DNA of 32,894 nt, taken from NCBI GenBank assembly GCA_964543805.1, contig CAZJBC010000001.1:9537-42430 (forward strand). The letters are read 5' to 3'. This DNA is from an uncultured Brevundimonas sp. (GTDB lineage Bacteria > Pseudomonadota > Alphaproteobacteria > Caulobacterales > Caulobacteraceae). Below are positions 8,886-17,088 of the stretch, piece after piece (position 1 is the first letter of the stretch; each line of letters opens with the position of its first letter). The notes beneath the pieces are model-generated. The model saw nothing but the letters and a program-made list of their open reading frames with translations, was not told where the DNA came from and ran no database searches. Position numbers and translations under genes: made by a program.

Positions 8886-10121
8886 CTAAAGCAGATCTCC
8901 ACCCGCCGCCCCGGCGGTGGTGCCGGTGGCCTTGAAGGCCTTGATCACGTTGCGGCCCGTCGTCCAGCGGTGGACCTCGTCGGGGCCGTCGACCAGTCGC
9001 TGGGAGCGGATGTGGGTATACCACATGGCCAGCGGCGTATCGCGGCTATAGCCCAGCGCGCCGTGCAGCTGGATGGCGGTATCGACCACCTTGTGGACCA
9101 TATTGGCCAGATAGACCTTGGCGATGCCGTTCTCCATGCGCAGATCCAGGCCATGCTCGGCCTTGTAGGCGATGTGCAGCAGCATCAGCCGGGCGATGTA
9201 GAGCTGGGTGGCGCATTCGGCGAGCATGAACTGCACGGCCTGGCGCTCGTCCAGCGGCTTGCCGAAGGTGGTGCGGCTGGTGACGTGAGCGGTTGCCATG
9301 TCGAGCGCGCGCTGGGCCATGGAGACGTTGTGCATGCCGTGGCGCAGGCGACCGTAGGCCAGGCGGTGCTGGCCCATGTTGAAGCCCTCGCCCTCGCCGC
9401 CCAGCAGGTTATCGGCCGGAACCTCAAGGTCGCGGATTTCGATCTCGGAATGGCCGCCGCCCATGATGTGGGCGAGCGGGCCCTCGATGGCCATGGTCGC
9501 GATGTCGCGCTTGATATTGTAGCCGGGATTGGGCAGCTCGACGAGGAAGGTGGAGAACTGCTTGTGGCGCGGGGCGTCTGGGTTGGTCTTGGCCATCACC
9601 AGGGCGATGTCGGCGACGGAGGCGGCCGATGAGAACCACTTTTCGCCGTTGAGCACCCAGGCGTCATTGCCCTTTCGCTCGGCTTTCGTCTGCATACCGG
9701 TGGCGTCGGAGCCGGCGGCCTTTTCGGTCATGGAATAGCAGATACGCTTTTCGCCGTTGAGCAGGGGCTTGAGGAACTTTTCCTTCTGATAGTCGGTGCC
9801 GTGCTCGAGCAGGGTCAGCATGGTCGCATCGTCGGGGCCTTGCGTGTTCATCGACAGGGCGCCGAGATAGCTCTCGCCCAGCTCCATCTGCACCAGGGCG
9901 TTGGCCAGAGGCCCCAGACCCATACCGCCGTGTTCCCTGGGGATGAACGGGCACCACAGGCCCTGGGCGCGGGCTTTCGCGCGAAGTTCGGCGAGCACGG
10001 TCTTGTAGTCCTCGCCGGCCAACAGGCGCTGTTCGGCGGGCATGCATTCATCGTGAACCCACTGGCGAACCTGTTCGCGGACCGCCTTGGCCGCCGCCGG
10101 AATTTCAAAATCGATCGCCAT
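8886..10121 (-). CDS. acyl-CoA dehydrogenase, FadE2/ACAD10-11 C-terminal-like subtype
   Basis: 411-aa ORF with ACAD architecture throughout. RICYSMTEKAAGSDATGMQT resembles the C(F/Y)xMTEPxVASSDATN block of the FadE2-like/ACAD10-11 clade. The C-terminal part reads ...YTHIRSQRLVDGPDEVHRW. Confidence 0.9.
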   Translation of the reverse strand: MAIDFEIPAAAKAVREQVRQWVHDECMPAEQRLLAGEDYKTVLAELRAKARAQGLWCPFIPREHGGMGLGPLANALVQMELGESYLGALSMNTQGPDDATMLTLLEHGTDYQKEKFLKPLLNGEKRICYSMTEKAAGSDATGMQTKAERKGNDAWVLNGEKWFSSAASVADIALVMAKTNPDAPRHKQFSTFLVELPNPGYNIKRDIATMAIEGPLAHIMGGGHSEIEIRDLEVPADNLLGGEGEGFNMGQHRLAYGRLRHGMHNVSMAQRALDMATAHVTSRTTFGKPLDERQAVQFMLAECATQLYIARLMLLHIAYKAEHGLDLRMENGIAKVYLANMVHKVVDTAIQLHGALGYSRDTPLAMWYTHIRSQRLVDGPDEVHRWTTGRNVIKAFKATGTTAGAAGGDLL

Positions 10122-10300
10122 GGTGCAGCCCTCGCTGTGGAATGTATGGGTGACGGTCAGGGCTGTAGACGCTCACGAGACGGCTGTCAGCCTCCCTCGC
10201 CCGTCCTCTTTCAACCCCGGCCGGGGCAGCCTACTGTCGAGCTTGCGTAAACAGCCGCCGGCCCGGCGGCCAGGACCAGGGTTTCGGGCAAGGGGGGGCC

Positions 10301-10870
10301 ATGCGATATTTCATCTGTTCTACGGGCCTTGTTATGGCGGCGATGGTCGCCGGTCCGACGCTCGCCGCCGGTCATCCGGAGGTCGATGACTGGAACAACT
10401 TTTGCCTGTCGACGCGTGGAGATCCGACCAGGGCGCTGGCCAAGGCTGAAGCTTTGGGCTGGAAGCCACAGGCCAACTTTGCCCCCAGTCCAGAGCAGTT
10501 CGAATTCGAGCAAAGCCGGCAAAACAACGACGGGCCAGACCGCCATAATCTGCTGGTCCTGCGCCACAAACCGGTCTTGCCCGACGGCAGCGGACTGCAT
10601 CTGGTCCAATGCCTTGCCGGCTATGGCAACAATGCCGATGATCCTGTCCCGGCGGTGACCGCGCTCTTGGGTTTCAAGCCGAACACCTTCGACGGGAAAG
10701 TCGCCGAATGGGTGCTGCAGGATGTCGACGGCAAGCTGGTTCAGCTGCCCAACGACGACACGGCCAGAGCCGACAAGGCGTTCGCCGACCACAGCGCCAT
10801 CATGGTTCACGCCACAGTCGAGGACGGCGTGGCGATGGTCAGCTACGAGGCGCCCAAACCCTCTCGCTGA
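10301..10870 (+). CDS. secreted protein, unknown function
   Basis: 189-aa ORF with a purine-rich AGGGGGGG just upstream of ATG 10301, a signal peptide (STGLVMAAMVAGPTLAAG) and high GC3. I recognise no family. Confidence 0.6.
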   Translation: MRYFICSTGLVMAAMVAGPTLAAGHPEVDDWNNFCLSTRGDPTRALAKAEALGWKPQANFAPSPEQFEFEQSRQNNDGPDRHNLLVLRHKPVLPDGSGLHLVQCLAGYGNNADDPVPAVTALLGFKPNTFDGKVAEWVLQDVDGKLVQLPNDDTARADKAFADHSAIMVHATVEDGVAMVSYEAPKPSR

Positions 10871-10879
10871 ACAATCTCT

Positions 10880-11500
10880 TTACCGGAATCCCATCCGCCG
10901 AAGTTCGGATTTGACCGCGGCGACGGTGTGGTAGCTGTAATGGTCGGGCGTTGCGCCTTGCCGCTCGCAGTCACACCCGGCGCCGAAATGCTTGTTCAGG
11001 GCCGGAATTGGGCGAAGCCTGTCGCCTTGCGCCGTGGCGACATCATCGTAGACCCGCACTTCGTAAAAGGCGCCAACAACGTCCGCATGCTGAACCGGCC
11101 AGGTGGTGATGACGATCAGCTCCAGGGCCGGATCGTTGTCGGCGTTGGCGAAGAAGATGGCCTTGATTTCAGCCGGGCCGCCCTGTTCGTCCCAGGCGCC
11201 GACGGCCAGGCGGCGGTCCCCGTTGAGCACGACTTCCAGCCGGCGCGTGCGGACGGTTTCCAGATCGCCATCCTCGTTCTGGACAGACCGGCTGTCGAGC
11301 CAGGTCGTGAAGACAGCGGGCTGTCCGTTCCAGTTGGTGCGGAGGGTTGTTTCGGCCTCGCGTGGCGCGGAGGAGTCGAAGGAAACGGTTGGATCGGGCG
11401 CCTGGGCGATTGCGGAGCCGGTTGTCAGAGCGGTGACAGCGGCCAGGATCAGCAGACGCGCGGTGATGGCGCCAGAGCGCAGGTTCGGTGGGATCGGCAT
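10880..11500 (-). CDS. secreted protein, unknown function
   Basis: 206 aa from ATG 11500 (MPIPPNLRSGAITARLLILAAVTALTTGSAIAQA, a signal peptide). The track ORF start at 11572 would add a Cys-rich non-signal extension. It is convergent with the previous gene, with a 9-bp gap. Confidence 0.6.
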   Translation of the reverse strand: MPIPPNLRSGAITARLLILAAVTALTTGSAIAQAPDPTVSFDSSAPREAETTLRTNWNGQPAVFTTWLDSRSVQNEDGDLETVRTRRLEVVLNGDRRLAVGAWDEQGGPAEIKAIFFANADNDPALELIVITTWPVQHADVVGAFYEVRVYDDVATAQGDRLRPIPALNKHFGAGCDCERQGATPDHYSYHTVAAVKSELRRMGFR

Positions 11501-11539
11501 GAGCGATTCTCCCGGCGGCAAGCAGGCCTGCACACAGGA

Positions 11540-11574
11540 TTGCAGACAATTCGCTTTGTTGCAACGTCGCAATT
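11540..11574 (+). promoter_or_regulatory. bipartite TTGCAG-N13-TTGCAACGTCGCAATT motif (candidate promoter/operator)
   Basis: It lies in the divergent intergenic region 11501-11659 and ends 86 nt upstream of ATG 11660. It is near-identical in layout to 16575-16609, with 14/16 identity over the second half-site. Its geometry is compatible with the Caulobacter sigma-73 consensus TTGACGS-N10-14-GCTANAWC. Confidence 0.35.
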
Positions 11575-11659
11575 ATTTGGACGCTGTGCGGGCCGGGGTA
11601 GGCCAACGGTTCAAGCTGTGGGAAGCTGGGCCGCAACGTTTCCTGACGGACCCTTGCTC

Positions 11660-12622
11660 ATGCCCGACATCACCCAGCGCATCGTCGAGACCAACGGCAT
11701 CGCCATGAACATCGCCGAGCTGGGATCGGGGCCGCTGGTCATCCTGTGTCACGGGTTTCCGGAGAGCTGGTACAGCTGGCGTCACCAGATGAAGGCCCTG
11801 GCCGAGGCCGGCTACCACGCCGTGGCGCCAGACATGCGCGGCTATGGCGCCACCGAAAGCCCTCAGGCCATTGACCAGTTTTCCATGCTGCACCTGGTGG
11901 GCGACATTGTCGGGCTAGTCGGCGCTCTGGGCGAGACCAGCGCCGTGGTGGCCGGGCACGACTGGGGCGCGCCGGTCGCCTGGCACTGCGCGCTTATGCG
12001 GCCCGATGTGTTCAAGGCCGTGGTCGGCCTGTCGGTCCCCTATTTCCCCCGCTCGCCCGCGCCGCCGACCAGCGTCATGCCGCAGAATGATCAGGCCCGG
12101 TTCTATCAGCTTTACTTTCAGGAGCCGGGCGTGGCCGAAGCCGAGTTGGAGGCCGACGTGCGCTCCACCGTCCGGCGCATGCTTTACGGCGCCTCCGGCG
12201 ACAACCCGGCCCCGCCAGGCCAGCTGGCCATGGTTCCGCGGAGTGGCGGCATCCTGAGCAATTCGCCCGATCCGGCCGTCCTGCCGGGCTGGGCGGGGCT
12301 GGACGATGTGGAAGTCTATGCGGCCCAGTACGCCAAGAGCGGCTTTCGCGGCGGGCTGAACTGGTATCGCAACATCGACCGCAACTGGGAGCTGCTGGCG
12401 GCCTTCGCCGGAGCGAAGGTGGCCGTCCCGGCTCTGTTCATGGCCGGCGAACGGGATCTTGTTCTGGCCTTTCCGGGGGTCAGAACCCTGGTCGACAATC
12501 TGAAGGTTTTCGTCCCCGGCCTGCGCACGACGATCCTGCTGCCCGACTGTGGCCACTGGATCCAGCAGGAGCGCGCGGCCGAGGTCAGTGCGGCGATGAT
12601 CGAATTTTTGCGCGGACTGTGA
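11660..12622 (+). CDS. alpha/beta hydrolase, epoxide-hydrolase type
   Basis: 320 aa from ATG 11660, with the HGFPESWYSWRHQ (HGxP oxyanion motif) and GHDWGAPVAW nucleophile-elbow (Asp) blocks typical of epoxide hydrolases. The C-terminal DCGHWIQQE supplies the catalytic His. Confidence 0.85.
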   Translation: MPDITQRIVETNGIAMNIAELGSGPLVILCHGFPESWYSWRHQMKALAEAGYHAVAPDMRGYGATESPQAIDQFSMLHLVGDIVGLVGALGETSAVVAGHDWGAPVAWHCALMRPDVFKAVVGLSVPYFPRSPAPPTSVMPQNDQARFYQLYFQEPGVAEAELEADVRSTVRRMLYGASGDNPAPPGQLAMVPRSGGILSNSPDPAVLPGWAGLDDVEVYAAQYAKSGFRGGLNWYRNIDRNWELLAAFAGAKVAVPALFMAGERDLVLAFPGVRTLVDNLKVFVPGLRTTILLPDCGHWIQQERAAEVSAAMIEFLRGL

Positions 12623-12746
12623 GTGTGGCCGCGCCGGAGACCAGCCGACCGAGGCGTCCCGCCGTCGACGCGTCAACTCGCCCTTGACCTGAACGGCGAT
12701 TTGTTGACAGCCTCCGGTGTGGCCTTGGCCGGGGGGGAAGACCGCC

Positions 12747-14732
12747 ATGATTTCACGACGGATCCTGTTGGGCAGCGCCGCGGCGGCCGGCTGGTTTGGG
12801 TCATCGCCCCAATCCGCCTGGGCGGCTGCGACGCCGCCCAAGGGCGCGGCCGCCACCACCGACAACCTTGCCTTGCCGCCCACGCCGGCGGATTTTGTGC
12901 GCTATCCGCTGCTGAGCGCCGTGGCGATCTCGCCGGACGGCGAGACCCTGGCCGTGGTTCACACCGAAACCACCAAGAAGAGCGAAGACGAAACCGAGTT
13001 CACCACAACCGTCACCTTCCGGAATGCCGAGACCTTCGCCGACATCAATGTCGTGCTGATGAAAGACAACTCGGTCGCGGCAATCACCTGGATCGACAAT
13101 GACCGGGTGATCATGAACCTGCGTCCGACCAGCATGGACTTTCTGGAACAAAAAGGGGCGGCCAACCATCCGCAGGGCTTTGTTGTCATGCACAAAACCA
13201 CGCACCGAGCGGTGCGCATGCCCAACGGCACGATTGTCGACTTCATGCCGAGCGATCCGAACCATATCATGCAGCGGATCGTCAAACAGGGCCTTTGGAC
13301 CCTGAGCATGGTCGACACCAACACCGGCGCAGCCGCCGACATCGATCAGGGCACCCTGTTCACGGTCGACTGGTACATCCAGGACGGCAAGCCGATCGTT
13401 CGGATCGACGAGGACGGCGTCGGCAGCAAGGTGCGCATCTATTACGGGCGCGACCCGGAGAAGAAGACTTGGCGGGTCATCGGGCGCTACCGGGTCGACG
13501 GTATCAATGGCAACGACTTCGAAATTCTTGGCTCATCCGACACCAAGCCGGGCATTGTCTGGGTGGCGACCAACGCACCTGGCGAGAACTTCCGCCCCTT
13601 GCGCGAATACAACGTCTTCACCTCGACCTGGGGCGAGACCCTGTCGCGCCAGGATGGCGACGCCGTCGGCGTCACGGTGGACGGAGCCGGCGCCTATGTG
13701 GCGACCGGCTATGTCGACGACATACCGTTCTATGACTGTGTCGATCCACAGATGACCGCGGACATGGCCCAACTGGCCAAGGCATTCCCCAACGCCAGCG
13801 TTCACATCCACAATATCTCGAACGACCACAATCGGATGGTCTGCACCCTGGAAGGGCCCAATGATGCGGGCTCCTTCATCTTTTACGACCGCAAGTCCGG
13901 CAAGGTGCGGCCGTTCGGCGACATGCGGCCGTGGCTGACGCAGGCGCGGTTGCCCACCGCCCTGAAATTGACCGTGCACTCCAAGGACGGGACGGCGATC
14001 CGCGCCTATCTGACCGTTCCGGTCGGCGGCGGGAAGAAACCACTTGTCGTCATGCCGCACGGCGGTCCCGAGGCGCGGGACATGATCTCGTTCGACCTTT
14101 GGGCGCAGGCGTTCGCCGCCCAGGGCTGGTACGTCCTGCAACCCAATTTCCGGGGATCGACCGGCTATGGCATGGCCTTCAAGGAGGCCGGTTACCGCCA
14201 CTGGAGCACTCGCGTCATGGAAGACGTCGACGCCTCGATCCAGGAAGCCTTCGACAAGGCGTCCATCGACCGCGACAAGGTGGCGATCATGGGGGCCAGC
14301 TATGGCGGCTATGTCGCTCTGATGAACGCCATCCGCAATCCATCGATGTACAAGGCGGTGATCGGCGCGTCCGGCGTTTACGACCTGCTGCGCTCACTGG
14401 CGCGCGACCGCCGCCAGGGCGAGGCGGACCTGAGCTATCTTTACTGGAAAAGGGCGATCGGCGACCCCGACGCCGACAAGGAAGCCATTCGCGACGCATC
14501 GCCCATAACCCATGTCGCCGCGCTGAAGGCTCCGGTCATGCTGATCCACGGCTATGACGACGACAACGTCAACATCGAGCAGTCGCAGCTGATGGCCCAG
14601 GCGATCCGCAACGCCAAGGGTCAGGTCGACTTCCATGAGATTCAGGACATGGGTCACGGGCCCAGCAACAATGCGCAGATGTTCCAGGTTGTCGACCTGA
14701 TGACCGACTTTCTGAAGAAGTACCTGGTTTGA
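12747..14732 (+). CDS. S9-family serine peptidase (prolyl oligopeptidase/acylaminoacyl-peptidase type), periplasmic
   Basis: 661 aa from ATG 12747, starting with the signal MISRRILLGSAAAAGWFGSSPQSAWAA. An N-terminal propeller-like region is followed by a C-terminal alpha/beta domain: PHGGPEARD, nucleophile GASYGGY, HGYDDDNV (Asp) and DMGHGP (His). Confidence 0.85.
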   Translation: MISRRILLGSAAAAGWFGSSPQSAWAAATPPKGAAATTDNLALPPTPADFVRYPLLSAVAISPDGETLAVVHTETTKKSEDETEFTTTVTFRNAETFADINVVLMKDNSVAAITWIDNDRVIMNLRPTSMDFLEQKGAANHPQGFVVMHKTTHRAVRMPNGTIVDFMPSDPNHIMQRIVKQGLWTLSMVDTNTGAAADIDQGTLFTVDWYIQDGKPIVRIDEDGVGSKVRIYYGRDPEKKTWRVIGRYRVDGINGNDFEILGSSDTKPGIVWVATNAPGENFRPLREYNVFTSTWGETLSRQDGDAVGVTVDGAGAYVATGYVDDIPFYDCVDPQMTADMAQLAKAFPNASVHIHNISNDHNRMVCTLEGPNDAGSFIFYDRKSGKVRPFGDMRPWLTQARLPTALKLTVHSKDGTAIRAYLTVPVGGGKKPLVVMPHGGPEARDMISFDLWAQAFAAQGWYVLQPNFRGSTGYGMAFKEAGYRHWSTRVMEDVDASIQEAFDKASIDRDKVAIMGASYGGYVALMNAIRNPSMYKAVIGASGVYDLLRSLARDRRQGEADLSYLYWKRAIGDPDADKEAIRDASPITHVAALKAPVMLIHGYDDDNVNIEQSQLMAQAIRNAKGQVDFHEIQDMGHGPSNNAQMFQVVDLMTDFLKKYLV

Positions 14733-14824
14733 ACGAGCTGTGCAGTTACCAGTCGCCTCTTCCCTTGCGCTCCCGCCGGGTCTAGCCTCGCTTGCGTGGC
14801 AGCCCTGATCCTGGAGCGCGCGTG

Positions 14825-16252
14825 ATGCGGCCCATCGGACTTGCCTTGATCGCCTCAGGCCTTCTGGCCGGACCGGCGGCCTCGATCGCCCAGCAAAGCC
14901 CCGCCGCCTCGAAGTGGTACAGCATCGTCACAGCCGACGGCGCCGTGATCGGCTATGCCTCGCACGAGACCGATGGGCTGCAGTCCACCGACGTGCAGGA
15001 GATCAGCTTCGCCGACGAAGGCGGGCCGGCGACCACGGTCGGCTCGCGCATTGTCCGCTCGCGCGACGAGGCCGGCGCGGTGCGCGGCATCACCGTCGAA
15101 ACCCAGACTGACGGGGTCGCGGCCCGCGCCACGGTGCGCATCGAGGACGGCCGCGCGCTCATCGTCCGCGAAGGCGCGGCCGGTCGGCGCGAGGAGAGCG
15201 TCAGCCTGCCAGCCGGCGCGCGCCTGGATGGGGGCGAAGCCCTGTTGCGCGGCTGGGATCCCAAGGCGGCGCCGAGGCTGGAATACCAGGCCTTCGACGC
15301 CGGCGCCCTGCAGGTCGAGCGGGTGGTCGTCGAGCCCGCGCCGGGCGCAGCGGCCGGATCGGCGCTGCGTCTGCACTATGACGGCGAGGCCTTGCGCGGC
15401 GTCGAGCGGCTGACCCTAAGTCCGGACGGCGAGGTGCTGTCGGTCAGCCAGCCGCTGTTCGGGACCAGCATCACCTTTCGCCCCGTCGATCGCGCCACCG
15501 CCCTGAAGGCGCACCGACCGTTCAAGGTGGTGTCTGACACCATGACGCCCTCGCCCTTCACCATCCCCTCGTCGGCCGCTCATGGCCACATCCGGTTCGT
15601 GTTTGGATTTCGCGACGGGCTGGTGTTTCCCCTGCCCCAGACCGGCGAGCAGAAGGCGGCGGCGGGATCCGATACGGCGACTCTGGATATCTGTTCCGCC
15701 TGTGGGCCCGGACTGGCCAGCGATCCGGCCGCCCTGGCCGACGCCCTGAAACCCACCGCCTGGCTGCAGAGCGACGACAAGCGCATCATCGCCATGGCCG
15801 CCCCGATCGGGGCGCGGCGCATGTCGGGCGCCGACAAGATGGAAAGCCTGATCTCGCTGACCAAACAGGCCCTGCCCAATGTGGACTACATCGGCCACTT
15901 CTCGGCCTCAGAGGCGCTGGACCGGCGCAGCGGCGATTGCACCGAAACGGCGGTGGTGCTGGCAGCCCTGGGGCGGGCGGCGGGCATTCCGACCAAGGTC
16001 GCCAGCGGCCTTGTCTATCTGCCGCGCGCCTACCACGGGGTGGGCAACGCGTTTGCCGCCCACAGCTGGGTGCTGGCCTATGTGGACGGCGCCTGGCGCA
16101 GTTACGACGCGGCGCTGGGAGTTTTCGATTCAACCCACATCGTGCTGACCGTGGGCGACGGCGACGCCCGCTCCATCGCCGCAGCAGGCCAGCTGGCCAG
16201 CCTGCTGCGGTGGGACGGCATGACCGAGGTCAGGACCCGGCCGGCGGGGTGA
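14825..16252 (+). CDS. transglutaminase-like cysteine peptidase-fold protein, secreted
   Basis: 475 aa from ATG 14825, starting with the signal MRPIGLALIASGLLAGPAASIAQ. The C-terminal core RRSGDCTETAVVLAALGRAAGIPTKVASGLVY...HSWVLAYVDGAWRSYDAALG supplies a Cys-His-Asp arrangement as in the transglutaminase-like superfamily. Confidence 0.75.
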   Translation: MRPIGLALIASGLLAGPAASIAQQSPAASKWYSIVTADGAVIGYASHETDGLQSTDVQEISFADEGGPATTVGSRIVRSRDEAGAVRGITVETQTDGVAARATVRIEDGRALIVREGAAGRREESVSLPAGARLDGGEALLRGWDPKAAPRLEYQAFDAGALQVERVVVEPAPGAAAGSALRLHYDGEALRGVERLTLSPDGEVLSVSQPLFGTSITFRPVDRATALKAHRPFKVVSDTMTPSPFTIPSSAAHGHIRFVFGFRDGLVFPLPQTGEQKAAAGSDTATLDICSACGPGLASDPAALADALKPTAWLQSDDKRIIAMAAPIGARRMSGADKMESLISLTKQALPNVDYIGHFSASEALDRRSGDCTETAVVLAALGRAAGIPTKVASGLVYLPRAYHGVGNAFAAHSWVLAYVDGAWRSYDAALGVFDSTHIVLTVGDGDARSIAAAGQLASLLRWDGMTEVRTRPAG

Positions 16253-16538
16253 CCGCGGCAACGGACTGAGCCGGCGCGGGCGCGGCTTGAGCAGTGGGCG
16301 CCGTGGCGTCCTCATAGACAACCGGCAGGGCGGGCGCTGCAGCCTCTGGCGCCTTGGCGGCGGTCGCGATCGGCTGGGTCGTATCACGCGCGCCCAGGAT
16401 GACCAGGGTCTGCACCCCGGTGACGAGACCGTCTTCGGCAAAGGCGGCGGCGGGCAGGACCGCGGCGGCCGTCAGGACGGCGATGGTGAGGACCGCGAGG
16501 TTAAGATGCGGACGGCGGATTTTCGGTTGGATCAGCAT
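16230..16538 (-). CDS. small Ala/Pro-rich membrane-anchored or secreted protein
   Basis: 102 aa from ATG 16538, with GGGAGA 7 nt upstream. It has a hydrophobic N-terminus (LNLAVLTIAVLTAAAVLPAAAFA) and consistently high GC3. Its 3' end overlaps the convergent transglutaminase-like gene by 23 nt. Low complexity keeps confidence moderate. Confidence 0.45.
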   Translation of the reverse strand: MLIQPKIRRPHLNLAVLTIAVLTAAAVLPAAAFAEDGLVTGVQTLVILGARDTTQPIATAAKAPEAAAPALPVVYEDATAPTAQAAPAPAQSVAAVTPPAGS

Positions 16539-16574
16539 GACGTTTCTCCCATCAATTCGTGCCACGCACGTACT

Positions 16575-16609
16575 TTGCATATTCGCTACATTATTGCAAT
16601 GTCGAAATT
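16575..16609 (+). promoter_or_regulatory. bipartite TTGCAT-N13-TTGCAATGTCGAAATT motif (candidate promoter/operator)
   Basis: It lies in the divergent intergenic region 16539-16705 and ends 97 nt upstream of ATG 16706. It shares TTGCA, ATTCGCT and TTGCAAYGTCGMAATT with 11540-11574 in the same 19-nt register. Confidence 0.35.
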
Positions 16610-16705
16610 TATAAACGGCTGGGCCCTTGCTGCGGCGTCTACATTTGCAGTGGCGGTTGCTCTGGTCCGACCTGCGCGGCAAGGTGGCGAACAGGAGGTG
16701 ACTGG

Positions 16706-17047
16706 ATGAAAAAGTTTATCGCGCTCTACATGGGCTCGCCCGATCAAGTCGGCCAGCCGATGCCGCAACTGGACGAGGCGACGGTCGCCAAAGGCATGGC
16801 CGCCTGGGGCAAATGGATGCAGGACCACGCCTCGATCGTCGTGGATCAGGGCGGTCCCCTGGGCCGCACCAAGCGGACCGGCAAGGACGGCGTCTCGGAC
16901 ATGCGCAATGCGGTCGGCGGCTATACCGTTTTCACTGCAGAGTCCCACGAGGCTGCGGCCAGGCTGTTTGAAGACCACCCCCACTTCATGATCTTCCCGG
17001 GCGACCATGTGGAGATCATGGAGATCATGCCGATCCCGGGGTCCTGA
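16706..17047 (+). CDS. small cytoplasmic protein, unknown function (YCII/dimeric alpha-beta-barrel-like pattern)
   Basis: 113 aa from ATG 16706, with AGGAGG 8 nt upstream and no signal peptide. The MKKFIALYMG...GGYTVFTAESHEAAARLFEDHPHF...IEIMEIMPIPG pattern recurs in small conserved bacterial proteins. The family was not verified. Confidence 0.6.
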   Translation: MKKFIALYMGSPDQVGQPMPQLDEATVAKGMAAWGKWMQDHASIVVDQGGPLGRTKRTGKDGVSDMRNAVGGYTVFTAESHEAAARLFEDHPHFMIFPGDHVEIMEIMPIPGS

Positions 17048-17051
17048 CCGC

Positions 17052-17070
17052 CAGCGCCTCCAGGGCGCTG
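17052..17070. terminator. hairpin between convergent genes (possible bidirectional terminator)
   Basis: CAGCGCC-TCCAG-GGCGCTG is a 7-bp GC stem with a 5-nt loop, located 5 nt after the stop at 17047 and 19 nt before the convergent stop at 17089. There is no U-tract. Confidence 0.3.
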
Positions 17071-17088
17071 TGACCCGGCCACAACGAC

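Noticed and set aside
10215-10269. GC palindromes CCCCGGCCGGGG (10215-10226) and GCCGCCGG-C-CCGGCGGC (10253-10269) upstream of the acyl-CoA dehydrogenase gene
   Set aside because: Short G/C-only palindromes are frequent in GC-rich DNA. They have no AT-rich flank or U-tract and no recognisable regulator motif. They are noted only as possible weak hairpins.
11540-11564. Reading the TTGCA half-sites as sigma-54 (-12 TTGCW) promoters
   Set aside because: None of the three sites has the obligatory TGGCAC-type GG element about 11 nt upstream of the TTGCA.
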